Source of the DNA: an uncultured Nitrospiraceae bacterium
Lineage (GTDB): Bacteria; Nitrospirota; Thermodesulfovibrionia; Thermodesulfovibrionales; Dissulfurispiraceae
Direction: 5' to 3'
DNA length: 64,000 nucleotides
Assembly: GCA_963727805.1 (NCBI GenBank)
Contig: CAVSHF010000005.1
Coordinates: forward strand, 960,001-1,024,000
The position numbers and the translations under genes are program-made. Shown here in pieces: positions 1-10,130 of this stretch. The notes below the pieces were generated by a model that saw only the letters and a program-made list of their open reading frames with translations, did no database searches and had not been told where the DNA came from. Within the stretch, counting starts at the first letter, position 1, and each line of letters opens with the position of its first letter.

Positions 1-30
1 ACTGCTATCTGTATAACTCTGGGATTAATA

Positions 31-726
31 TCACTTATAAAACCTGACCAAAGTATCGGGCCTCACGCCTAATAAATATAATGTCACGAGCATCCAGTTC
101 CTGACCGTGCAATATATGATACCTTCCCTTTCCCACCGCCTCGACGATGTTTTCACCTTTGTCGCAATGATAAAGATTCGGTGCCCGATATTTTTGATAC
201 TCCTCATCAGCTCCACATCTTCCATAATCGGGAACTCCCTAAAACCGCCAAGGCCATCGAAGATATCCTTTCTGATAAAGATAGCCTGGTCTCCATAGGG
301 GATGCGAGTGAGTCTAGACCTGTAAGAAGCCGCGCGTTCGATGATCCTGTAAGACGTTCTGCCGGAATCGAACCCGAGATCGAAGGCACCTCCAGCATAG
401 CGGCCGGTTCTCATTACCGCCGTGATCTTTTCAAAGGCGCCTACCGGAAGGAATGTATCCGCATGAAGAAACAGGAGGATGTCCCCCGTGGCTACTGCCG
501 CCCCTTTGTTCATCTGCCTTCCCCTGCCCTTTCCCGATAGGACCCTTATCACTTTTTCGCGAGAAACAGTTTTTATGGTACTGCCACATGGATCTCCATC
601 TGCAACAATAATCTCAACGTTAGTATTATTGTTCAAACTGCAGACGTGTTCGATGATCTGATTGATTATCTCCGCTTCGTTAAGAACAGGGATGATTACC
701 GAAATGTTCGCGTTGCTATTATTCAT
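31..726 (-). CDS. GT2 glycosyltransferase (TIGR04283-like)
   Basis: ISVIIPVLNE, GRGRQMNKGA, LLFLHADT, PYGDQAIF, IMEDVEL and TSSRRW motifs. Confidence 0.85.
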   Translation of the reverse strand: MNNSNANISVIIPVLNEAEIINQIIEHVCSLNNNTNVEIIVADGDPCGSTIKTVSREKVIRVLSGKGRGRQMNKGAAVATGDILLFLHADTFLPVGAFEKITAVMRTGRYAGGAFDLGFDSGRTSYRIIERAASYRSRLTRIPYGDQAIFIRKDIFDGLGGFREFPIMEDVELMRSIKNIGHRIFIIATKVKTSSRRWEREGIIYCTVRNWMLVTLYLLGVRPDTLVRFYK

Positions 727-748
727 TGTATAGCTATTATAGCCGATA

Positions 749-2200
749 TTAAGCCCCGCAGGCCCTGCCCCGCAGACTGAAGAAAAACTTTAATCCCTTT
801 TTCACGTTGTCGGAAAATATTTTCTGCGGAAAGAAATTTGCTGCCACTTTCTTGTTAATCTCGCCAATGGTCGGATAGGGATGGACAGCAGATACTAGCA
901 GCGAAAGCTTCACACCGCCGTTCAATGCTGCCACCCATTCGCAGACAAGCTCTCCAGCGCGTGGCCCGAAAATCTGAACACCGATAGGCATCTCCTTTTC
1001 ATTCAGGATCATCTTGATCTTTCCCGTCTCTTCGGCTTCAGCAAGGCTTCGGTCGTTTGCTCTGAATTCTTCCGTCCACAGGGAATACGCAATACCGGCC
1101 TTCTTTGCTGCTGTCTCATTCATCCCGATACTTGCCAACTCCGGATCAGTATAGGTGCACCAGGGAAGAAAGGTATAGTCTGCCTTTCTCGGCAGATGAA
1201 AGATTGCGTTAGTCACAACAATGCTGGCTTCATACCCGGCCGCGTGAGTGAAGAGATAGCCTCCGTTCACATCGCCGGCGGCGTAAATATGCGTTTGAGC
1301 TGTCCTCATTCTCTCGTCGACCTTGATGCCCTTGTCATCAAATGCGACCCCGATCTTATCGAGTCCGAGGCTTTCGATATTCGGCTTTCTCCCTGTGGCG
1401 ACAAGAATGGTCTCAGCCTTCAGAGTAACCGTGGTACCTTCACCAGTCCTGATGACTACTTCACGCTCTCTGCCGAGGTCCTGTGTGCTCACGATCGAAG
1501 TGTTCAGATAAAACCTGACTCCTTCCGTTTTGAGCACATCCATTACCTGAACGGCCATGTCCCCGTCCTCTTTGGGGAGGATCTGGCCAGAACGCTGGAT
1601 AACGACCACCTGTGTCCCAAGCCTGTTAAAGGCCTGAGCCATCTCTATCCCGATAGGTCCGCCTCCGAAAATAATCAACGATGAGGGAAGTCGCTCGAGA
1701 TAAAATATTTCTCTGTTAGTCAAGTACGGTGTCGTATCGAGCCCCTTAACCTGCGGAATCAACGGGGATGATCCTGTAGCGATGACCCAGTTCTTTGCAG
1801 AATAGGTCTGTCCGTTTAATCTCACGGAGTGCTCATCTACAAATGCTGGTTTGCCGAATTCGACCCTCGCGCCGAGGCCACAAAACCTCTCGACAGAATC
1901 ATGTTTCTGGATCTTTGAGATAACCGATTTGATCCTGCAAGAAACATCTTTGAATTCGATGGGTTTCAGTTCAACGTCGGGTAGACCGAAGTCAGTAGCC
2001 CGCTTCATAAGGTGATACACGTGAGCGATTCTGATCAGGGTCTTGCTCGGTATACAGCCACAATGACGGCAGTCTCCGCCGAGCCTGCCGTCCTTCTCGA
2101 TGAGCAGGGTTTTTGCCCCCAATTGCGCGCTGCCTGCGGCGACCGTCAGACCTGCTGATCCGCCGCCGAGCACCCCTATGTCGAAATCATATGATGCCAT
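749..2200 (-). CDS. Pyridine nucleotide-disulfide oxidoreductase (MerA/lipoamide dehydrogenase-like)
   Basis: GGGSAG FAD motif, GGDCRHCGCIPSK disulfide motif, GGGPIG NAD motif, HPYPT; AGGAGG RBS before ATG at 2200. Confidence 0.85.
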   Translation of the reverse strand: MASYDFDIGVLGGGSAGLTVAAGSAQLGAKTLLIEKDGRLGGDCRHCGCIPSKTLIRIAHVYHLMKRATDFGLPDVELKPIEFKDVSCRIKSVISKIQKHDSVERFCGLGARVEFGKPAFVDEHSVRLNGQTYSAKNWVIATGSSPLIPQVKGLDTTPYLTNREIFYLERLPSSLIIFGGGPIGIEMAQAFNRLGTQVVVIQRSGQILPKEDGDMAVQVMDVLKTEGVRFYLNTSIVSTQDLGREREVVIRTGEGTTVTLKAETILVATGRKPNIESLGLDKIGVAFDDKGIKVDERMRTAQTHIYAAGDVNGGYLFTHAAGYEASIVVTNAIFHLPRKADYTFLPWCTYTDPELASIGMNETAAKKAGIAYSLWTEEFRANDRSLAEAEETGKIKMILNEKEMPIGVQIFGPRAGELVCEWVAALNGGVKLSLLVSAVHPYPTIGEINKKVAANFFPQKIFSDNVKKGLKFFFSLRGRACGA

Positions 2201-2349
2201 GGTACCTCCTGTCCTTTGATAATCACACCTTGAAATACAAAGTCTGGCTCCAATGCGGGCACTTCTCCATTTCACAGAGCAAATCCACTAATTTCTACAC
2301 CGTGATCGTAAATTCCGCATGGCTCCGCACGAGCGGTGAGACAGATACA

Positions 2350-2464
2350 TGCTCCTTGTGCATAGTTCTCAGCCCCGACGTTAGGGAGTACTGTTTTCTC
2401 ATGTCCCTGTTCTGTCATAAGTGATGAGAAGCGAATTATTGCCGATCAGGATATCCCTGAGCAT
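2350..2464 (-). pseudogene. Possible remnant of a GH15 glucoamylase-like N-terminus
   Basis: Frameshifted MLRDILIGNNSLLITYDR...PNVGAENYAQG resembles the GH15 start MPRDxxVGNGxLLxxFD...PxVGxENH. Confidence 0.35.
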
Positions 2465-3181
2465 TTATCTTTCTCCCGCGCAGTCTGAACTATGTCCGTT
2501 CATCCTTTTTTTCAATTTGTACCAACCGAGTATCTTCTTTGTAGCGAGGGGGAATAGACCGAGAAGTACAAAAGAGAGAATTACACCCGGAGAGAGAATT
2601 CCCGAGACAGACTCTATTTTCGACAATTCCCTGCCAGCAATGACATAGATGATAGTCCCCGGAAGCATTCCGATCTGAGAGACCCAGTAAAAAGTTCCGA
2701 GGCTCATGTGAGTCAGTCCCATGATGAGATTGATTATAAAAAAGGGGAATACCGGCACAAGTCGCAGCGAAAAAAGATAAAAGGGCCCTTCCTCTTCGAT
2801 CCCTTTGTGGAGCTTCGCAAACCTGTCACCGAACCTCGTCAAAACCCAGTCCCTGAGGAGATATCGCGAAATAAAACAGGCCAGCGTCGCCCCGATAGTG
2901 CTCGAGAATGAGACGATGAGTGTGCCTGTGATAACGCCGAAGAGTGCTCCACCGGCGAGTGTCATGATTGCTGCCCCCGGCAGCGCAAGAGCGGTGAAAA
3001 GAATGCAGACAACCATATAGGCCGCGATAACAGCTACTTTGTGTTCACCGTAGAGCATCCGGAAGCGCTCCTGGGAGTTCTTGAGATAAGCAAGATTGAT
3101 GTACTGACCCGGATCGAAAAAGAAATAAGCCGCAATGATAATAGCCGCTGTAACAATGATCAAGAGTTTTTTTAGGTTCAC
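2465..3181 (-). CDS. TVP38/TMEM64 (DedA superfamily) membrane protein
   Basis: LPGAAIMTLAGGALFG and LRLVPVFPFFIINL motifs. Confidence 0.9.
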   Translation of the reverse strand: MNLKKLLIIVTAAIIIAAYFFFDPGQYINLAYLKNSQERFRMLYGEHKVAVIAAYMVVCILFTALALPGAAIMTLAGGALFGVITGTLIVSFSSTIGATLACFISRYLLRDWVLTRFGDRFAKLHKGIEEEGPFYLFSLRLVPVFPFFIINLIMGLTHMSLGTFYWVSQIGMLPGTIIYVIAGRELSKIESVSGILSPGVILSFVLLGLFPLATKKILGWYKLKKRMNGHSSDCAGER

Positions 3182-3347
3182 TAAAGAATAGTATACGGGT
3201 TTTGTATCTTTAGAAAAAATGGGGAACCTATGTATGGATCATATAAGACAAAAATGAGGGACCGTGGCCTTAGCCACTGCCCCTCTTTCTTTTTCTTCCC
3301 CTACTGCGGCACTTCGGAAATCGACGGTTAATCCAACGTGCGGCAAT

Positions 3348-3746
3348 CTACCTGCAACAGTCCTTCAATGGGCATATCTGGCGAAGCAACTTCTTGTTTT
3401 TCGCAAGCAGCCTCGAAAATTCAAAAAAGGCTGTCCGCGCTTTTTTGCCTTTGACGTTTCTGAAATTCTCCAAAATCACCTGCTCCTCTTTCGACATTTT
3501 CACTGCGAGTTTCGACTCCTTGAGGGAGCCTTTCTTCTCTACAGGGAAAAACGTGAAGATTGTTACATCGAGGGCTTTGGAAAGCTGCTTCAACCTATCG
3601 ACGCTGATACTGCTCGCTCCTTTCTCGTATTTTTGAATTTGCTGATACGATACCCCGACCAGATCTGCTAACTTCATTTGAGACATGTGCCTGGACTTCC
3701 TGATTTCCCTGATAAGCTGCCCGATTTGATTATTATCCCTTCCCAT
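3348..3746 (-). CDS. XRE-family HTH transcriptional regulator
   Basis: IREIRKSRHMSQMKLADLVGVSYQQIQKYEKG. Confidence 0.88.
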   Translation of the reverse strand: MGRDNNQIGQLIREIRKSRHMSQMKLADLVGVSYQQIQKYEKGASSISVDRLKQLSKALDVTIFTFFPVEKKGSLKESKLAVKMSKEEQVILENFRNVKGKKARTAFFEFSRLLAKNKKLLRQICPLKDCCR

Positions 3747-3980
3747 GTTAATACTATACAATAGGTTACGATAAAAATCCAGACCCATTTGCAGCACTTG
3801 TTAATCACTATATAATGCAACAAATACTCTTAATTGGTGCATTAATTTCGTCCATGAGACAGGACCCGTGATTTGACCGGCTGCCAGATCTTTTTCACAA
3901 GGCGTTGTATTTCTGCCCGCTTATGCATTACGCTTTTCAGAATGAACGATGCATGATTGCGCAGACCAAATTCGAACCGG

Positions 3981-4865
3981 ATGGATGGCGTGTATAAAGA
4001 ATACTTCAGGCTGAAGGACCTTCCTTTTTCGATCGCTCCTGATCCAACTTATCTCTACATGAGTGAAAAGCACCGCGAGGCACTTGCACACTTGCTTTAC
4101 GGGGTCAACTCCGAGGGGGCATTTGTACTTCTCACCGGCGAAGTGGGTACCGGCAAGACGACAATCTGCCGATGCATGATTGCGCAGCTTCCGCAAAACT
4201 GCGACATTGCCTTTATCATCAACCCAAGGTTGACAGAGATGGAACTGCTTGCCACCATCTGCGAAGAAATCGGCATCGAGCGCATGGCCGGCATGGCTAG
4301 CATCAAGGCCTTTGTCGACAGGATCAACCGTCACCTTCTCGATTCCCATGCGGCAGGGCGCAAAACACTGCTCATCATAGACGAAGCTCAAAACCTCACT
4401 TCCCCCGTTCTGGAGCAATTGCGGCTCCTCACCAACCTCGAGACAAGCCGCTGCAAGCTCCTCCAGATCGTTCTCATCGGTCAACCGGAACTCCGAGACA
4501 TGCTGGCGCGTCGCGAGCTTCGCCAGCTCTCCCAGAGAATTACCGCCCGATTTCATCTCGATCCTCTCTCCAAAGGGGAGATAGCCGACTACGTTGCTCA
4601 TCGATTGACGATTGCTGGCGCACGTCGTGTGCTTTTCCACCCCGCGGCCATAGCCCAGTTGTTTCGCCTGAGCGGAGGAATTCCCCGCATCATCAACCTT
4701 ATCTGCGACCGCGCACTGCTTGGCGCCTACGCGCAGAGTAAGGCGCGAGTCGACAAAACAATTATTCGCAGAGCGGCCAGCGAAGTCCTGGGAGATTTGC
4801 TATCCAAAAGCCGAATGAACAGTCAATTCGAAAGATTCAGGTTGTGGCTAAAAAGAAGATTTTAA
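3981..4865 (+). CDS. exeA: ExeA/GspA-like AAA ATPase
   Basis: PFSIAPDP, Walker A GEVGTGKT, Walker B LLIIDEAQNL, GGIPRIIN. Confidence 0.85.
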   Translation: MDGVYKEYFRLKDLPFSIAPDPTYLYMSEKHREALAHLLYGVNSEGAFVLLTGEVGTGKTTICRCMIAQLPQNCDIAFIINPRLTEMELLATICEEIGIERMAGMASIKAFVDRINRHLLDSHAAGRKTLLIIDEAQNLTSPVLEQLRLLTNLETSRCKLLQIVLIGQPELRDMLARRELRQLSQRITARFHLDPLSKGEIADYVAHRLTIAGARRVLFHPAAIAQLFRLSGGIPRIINLICDRALLGAYAQSKARVDKTIIRRAASEVLGDLLSKSRMNSQFERFRLWLKRRF

Positions 4866-4923
4866 GAATGATACATAAACAAGGCCTTGGACTAGAAAAG
4901 ACCACAATAAAGAGGGGAAACGG

Positions 4924-5709
4924 ATGTCCTATATTCTCGATGCATTGAAAAAGGCTGAACAGGAACGGAGGCGTGGCAAGGCCCCCGATATCATGACCAC
5001 CCCGGAAGGCAGTAGCTCCAGACCACAGAAACTCCTCTGGCCATATGCAGTCCTGATTATGCTGGTAGCAGCTGCCGGAAGTGTTGGCTGGTTTTTCGGC
5101 CATGAAAAAGCAGACACCTCTGCGCCCATTTCCCCGCAAGGCACACAGAATTATGTTGTGCCAGTGAATCCACAAACACACGTGACAGCCCAACCTGCAG
5201 CACCTCTCACTGAAACGGCACCGGCAAATCAACCCACAACTACATCTGAGGGGAGCCAAGCCGAAAAAGAGGAAAAATCAACTTCTACTAATACTACTTT
5301 AGGGCCTCTGAACGATAAGCGGACCCTTTCAAAAAGCCAGGTAATGCAACTGCCGGCGCACAGCAAGGGAACGTCGACTAAAATAAAACCGGGGTCGGTC
5401 ACAACGTCAAAATCCACAGAGGACAGCGCCCTCGAAGAAATCCGGCCTCAGCCGGAAAAGAAGATGGTACCCGACAACAAGATATATGCGATTAGCGAAT
5501 TGCCCGAAGCAGTCAGGCAGGGCTTGCCCTCCATCACTATTTCTACACATATTTATTCGCCGGACAAGTCGGAACGGCTCGCTGCAATCAACGGTCATAT
5601 CGGTCGCGAAGGCCAGGAGGTCATGACAGGTATCACGCTTGAATCTATCACGCCTGATGGAGTTATACTTCGCAACCAGGGCTATAAATTCAGAATTGGC
5701 CTGAAATAA
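4924..5709 (+). CDS. gspB: ExeB/GspB-family protein
   Basis: MSYILDALKKAEQER start, one TM, low-complexity linker, C-terminal HIYS...ING...EG domain; follows exeA. Confidence 0.82.
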   Translation: MSYILDALKKAEQERRRGKAPDIMTTPEGSSSRPQKLLWPYAVLIMLVAAAGSVGWFFGHEKADTSAPISPQGTQNYVVPVNPQTHVTAQPAAPLTETAPANQPTTTSEGSQAEKEEKSTSTNTTLGPLNDKRTLSKSQVMQLPAHSKGTSTKIKPGSVTTSKSTEDSALEEIRPQPEKKMVPDNKIYAISELPEAVRQGLPSITISTHIYSPDKSERLAAINGHIGREGQEVMTGITLESITPDGVILRNQGYKFRIGLK

Positions 5710-6170
5710 GGCTCTTTCATGTTGTTATGAAAAATGCTGCTACAGAGGTATCTTTAATTGCAATGGGATGCGTGGAATTGCAATTAAAATGATGTTTAAT
5801 TCAGCAAAATTTCCCAAATAAATGCATTGCCCTTACTGTAATTATTGACATAAATCCGAATGATATAATGTTAATATAACACAGGATTTCATTATTTGAC
5901 CGCTCAACCACAAACGATACAGAAACAACAAGAAAGCAACCGCTAATCAACTGGCAGAATTACACAAACAATTTGAGGAATTAAGAGATTCGCAACCGAG
6001 CACAAATAAGCATAAGTGACTTTTAGAGCCGCCGTTATCTCCGCCAATAATAAGAGGTGACATTCAGGATGCTGAGTATAGCCTTTCTTGTTCAAATCTG
6101 CCTCTTTTGGTAAAAAGTGCCCAGATACAATTTAATATCTAGACTGGTTAAAGGGGGCGGTCAGGCATCG

Positions 6171-6708
6171 CTATTTCTTTTGTGAAGGCAACTTGATTGT
6201 CTCACCGGCAACCATAAAAGCGCCTCTCCCTCGATGATGAATGTTCCACGGTTTTTTCTTTGCCGGGGTTATCCACGCCTTGAGCACCTCAAGGATGAAG
6301 AGGCTATAATTAACTACAAACTTGCCATCGACAACCTTGCATTCAAGATTCGCATAACACTCGTCGATGAGCGGTGCTTTCACATATGAGGCAGTTGCCT
6401 GCGTGAGCGCAAAGACCTTGAACTTATCAATCTTTCGTCCAGAGGTATTCCCGCAGCCCACCACTTTTTCCGCCAGCTCCAGCGTCGGGATGTTGATGAC
6501 ACACTCCCTTGCAGACTTCAGAATGTCGAACGTATGGCTTCGATTACTGATGATGCATCCCACAGTCGGCGGCTCAAACCCCATCATTGTATACCATGAC
6601 ATGGTCCATAATGTTCGCCTGCCCCTCTCGCACTGTCGTACCCATCACAACCGGCCCCGGTTCGAGTAATCCATATACTTTTGACAATAGGTAGAATTTT
6701 TTCGCCAT
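6171..6708 (-). pseudogene. Flavin reductase-like protein, frameshifted near 6605
   Basis: MAKKFYLLSKVYGLLEPGPVV...NIM joins TMSW...ECVINIPT...APLIDECYANLEC after removing one G. Confidence 0.75.
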
Positions 6709-6761
6709 ATCGCAACCCCAGTTCAACGATCTTTAAAGACCGCCTTCTAAAAGAATCTACG

Positions 6762-7416
6762 CTATTTTTTAGGATATCCAACTGACTGCGTCAGAATGAT
6801 CTTCTGATCAGATCGTAACCTCATCGTTTTTGATAGTGCTTCCTTGTCAATCGACCCACGCACGACCGTCGCTATCACCTGGGAAGCACAATACAGGTAC
6901 ACGCTCTGGCTGATAAATCCTATGTCTGCAGCTGAATAGAGTTTCTTGTCTTCCTTCGTTGCAGTGCCCATCTTCGAGAAGTCCGCTACATAGATAAGAT
7001 TAACAGGAGCTTCCTTTACGTAATCCTGTTTGCCAGTATATGAGCTGATGTCTCCGGAGAGAATAGGTTCTAGGCTTGAGTCTTCGCATCATATAAGTAA
7101 AAGCCTTCGACAATAGCAACATAGATATCGATTTCCTGCCAATTGACGGCAGATGGCGCAGTGCACTTTCCTGTGATTGAGCTATTTATTCCAAAGGCAG
7201 CCCAAAACAGATTTGAGAGTGTCTGATCAGGCAACTTCTCCGAGCCGAATGAACGGGAAGAGTTTCTGTCTCTCAGCATCTGCATAAGAGGTCTTCCGCC
7301 TTCGACTTGCGAATTAGGAAGCTTGATAAGTTTTAGCTCATCGGGATAGCTAACAGTTACATACATGATTGAAATAACCCACACTATGAACGTGATAGAA
7401 AAAACGTTCTCTGCAT
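6762..7416 (-). pseudogene. Nitroreductase/SagB-type protein with two frameshifts (about 7400 and 7072)
   Basis: LRDRNSSRSF, LSNLFWAAFG, TAPSAVNWQEID, then shifted APVNLIYVADFSKM...QSVYLYCAS...QSVGYP; RBS before ATG 7416. Confidence 0.8.
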
Positions 7417-7609
7417 GACACTCCTCCTTTCGTCATTAGCAGTTCATTTACTAGCTGTCTACTCAAATTATAGCAACGTATAAAGGCTGTTGTGAGGAAG
7501 CAGAGTATAAGGCTATGTAATGGCAAGAAAATCAAAGTTGCGTGCGGTAATCTGCATCCACGGCGAGATGTCAGAAGTGAGGTTTGTCAGGTGGACATTA
7601 TACCATGAC

Positions 7610-8782
7610 TCAGGTAGCGGGATCACTCAAAAGAGGCAAGAGATACCCATGGGGAGACAGGCTGGTAGCGAGCATTACCATATTGATGTCGCGATGCTCC
7701 GTCCAGCTGCGGGATTCTCTATTTTTGATCGCAAGCCAAAATATATTGATTAGCTCGCTTAAATGGGTGTACTCCATGAGGCGTTGCACACGGGAACGGA
7801 CATCATACTGCTTCTTAAAGACAGCTGCATGTTGGTCAATCAACCCTTGCAGTTTCACAATGGCCTGCAATCCGATCGACAATCCCAACTCTCGAAATGC
7901 CAGTCGGTAATTGGAGGGGAGATTGAGGGACGACTTTCTTACAAAGTAGTTCAGGCTCGTTAGGGAATCATCCAAAACAGTCTTTAAGAGGTCCGGCAGT
8001 ATGAAGCTGTCTGCAACTATTAACTGTGCCATCTTGTAAGCACCAATCAAAAGACCGCCAATGCCCAAGGAGTCATCAGTAGTCCAGCTGTTCCCCTCAC
8101 AAATCAATGCCATGTCGGCAATCTCCGCACTCAGATTCTGCAGCGCTGATCGCTCCAAATATCTCCCAGCAGTTGTCTGGAGCTCGCTGTAAGTTATCAG
8201 TCCGTCAACAGGATCATGATGTCCCACGGACGACACGAGAGGATACGAGAGATCTATACTCATTTTCCAATATAGGCGTTTCTCTCCTCCGTGCGACGGC
8301 AGGTAAGTGAACTTTTCATGGGCCGTCTTTGCCATCTCTATTGCCCACTTGCTGAAGGTCAAATCTCCAATAATCCTGCTCGCGCAATCGAGGGCATGCA
8401 TCCATTGCGTCAAGTAATGATAATACTGCCCATCCCGATCCCATTCAAAGCGCTCATCAAAGGGCTCTTCAAGTCCCCGTTCTTTCATCTCCTTCCCGAT
8501 CCTCAGCCCCCCTTTTGTGGGATGTCTACGACCTTCCTCCTCAGCTAACCCGCTGATCCAACCCGTCCGAGGCTCATCCCGACGGTGTCGGCCCAGCGTG
8601 GCATGCACCTGATCGATCAGGAGCAACGCGAAATGCTTGTACAGCTCATTATTCGTCTGACGATAAAGTCCGAGAAAATTACAGACCGCATAGGCATCAG
8701 TCCATAGATAACGCGTCGGAATGGAACTCTCCGGCGAGAGTCCCGTCTTCTTCGCAAATTCGATCATGATTTCATGAACCAT
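7610..8782 (-). CDS. Conserved hypothetical protein (RYLWTDA family)
   Basis: 390-aa ORF with RYLWTDA, GGLRIGK, DGQYYHYLTQW and RLAFRELGL blocks. Confidence 0.7.
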   Translation of the reverse strand: MVHEIMIEFAKKTGLSPESSIPTRYLWTDAYAVCNFLGLYRQTNNELYKHFALLLIDQVHATLGRHRRDEPRTGWISGLAEEEGRRHPTKGGLRIGKEMKERGLEEPFDERFEWDRDGQYYHYLTQWMHALDCASRIIGDLTFSKWAIEMAKTAHEKFTYLPSHGGEKRLYWKMSIDLSYPLVSSVGHHDPVDGLITYSELQTTAGRYLERSALQNLSAEIADMALICEGNSWTTDDSLGIGGLLIGAYKMAQLIVADSFILPDLLKTVLDDSLTSLNYFVRKSSLNLPSNYRLAFRELGLSIGLQAIVKLQGLIDQHAAVFKKQYDVRSRVQRLMEYTHLSELINIFWLAIKNRESRSWTEHRDINMVMLATSLSPHGYLLPLLSDPAT

Positions 8783-8996
8783 AAAATTCCTTCTTCTATA
8801 ACAATCAGATACAAAGAGCGGGCCAACGTGAAATGTTCAGAGAGACTTCGAGATTCGAAGTATCGAGTCGCGCCGCAACAGTTCCCACGGTAATATTATA
8901 CGCTCTGCGATTGCACTCGGGTGCGGGATAGCCGGTAAACGCTTCATTCGTGTTCCCCTTCCGTCAGCGATAATTGACGATTGTAATCTAGTTCCA

Positions 8997-9653
8997 TCAG
9001 CCAAGAAACTTTTCAATCCCCATCATTATGCGTTCAAGGGCTTGAAGAGATTTTATTGCGTCACCGTCAATTTCGAGACTGTGATCAGCGGCGTCAATGA
9101 TGATGCTCTCTCCTCCAGTTACCTGCAAAAGTTCATCCAGATTTCTCCGATCATAATAAGGATCGGCTGTGCCGATAACAAAAAGTGCTCTGTGCTTTAC
9201 CTGCTTTATTTGCGAAAGCAGATGTTCATTTTTCAGAACAGGAGTTAGCCAAAGGCACTGAAATTTCGGCAAGTTCTGAATCGACGTAATAAGATGTCCC
9301 ATAGATACAGTGCCGATTGACTTTCCCACAAGGGTTACTGTGTCATACTGTCGTTGCCTCATAGCAGTGGTATAGATCACGGAAGCATCGGCCGCAGCCC
9401 AGCGTCTGCGTTCATCCTGCGGCAGTGCCATAAAATCCGGAAGCTTAACATAATTGTACTCCGCCCGCAGAACATCTGCTCCCCGGGAAAGAAGAGCTAA
9501 AAAGGGGTAATACATAACCGGCATATGAGAAGTGTACCCGAGCCCAGGAAAGAAAATGGCCAAATGTCTCGTCCTATCTTTTTGACGGAAGAACGTATTC
9601 GGCACATCTGCATTTTGATTGCCGATAATAGTAAGTGTTTCGATGGAATACAT
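8997..9653 (-). CDS. Alpha/beta hydrolase
   Basis: FPGLGY, GKSIG nucleophile elbow, GTAD and ADHSL (Ser-Asp-His). Confidence 0.85.
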   Translation of the reverse strand: MYSIETLTIIGNQNADVPNTFFRQKDRTRHLAIFFPGLGYTSHMPVMYYPFLALLSRGADVLRAEYNYVKLPDFMALPQDERRRWAAADASVIYTTAMRQRQYDTVTLVGKSIGTVSMGHLITSIQNLPKFQCLWLTPVLKNEHLLSQIKQVKHRALFVIGTADPYYDRRNLDELLQVTGGESIIIDAADHSLEIDGDAIKSLQALERIMMGIEKFLG

Positions 9654-10130
9654 GTAACGATTCTCTGCTTTCTACGATGCATCCGTATTATAGCGGGTAT
9701 GCTATTCAATTATAATCTAAAATGGACTGCAAAGTCCTACCCGTACAAGAAGGCCAGAAAGCAAGTTGCCAAGAGGTTAGCTTGTTACTCCATAATAAAG
9801 ATGGTCTGTTGGCGATAACATCTGAGAAGAAAAGAGCTGGGCAGAGGCTCATGAGTCTGAAACATGAGGAAATGTTCAGGGATTGCTCATTTAAAAATCG
9901 ATTCCTCTATACCCAAATCGCATATAAATACTAATATGGATCGTGTGTGGACACTGAACTACTACGGTAGTGGGCATGGCATTTAATCTTAGATCACGCA
10001 GCATACTCTGGAAATTTATTTTTTATCTATGTCATTTCTAAGATAACTGAGCTATAATAGTGCAATTTTAAATGGTAAGTGTTTCTCATTTGTGTTTTGC
10101 ATTTAACAGCCTTTTCTCGTGTCTTAGGGG

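Noticed and set aside
749..2200. Mercury-resistance merA call
   Set aside because: No C-terminal Cys-Cys, no NmerA domain and no mer operon genes nearby.
5845..5869. TTGACA and TATAAT hexamers
   Set aside because: Only 13 nt apart, with no convincing downstream gene.
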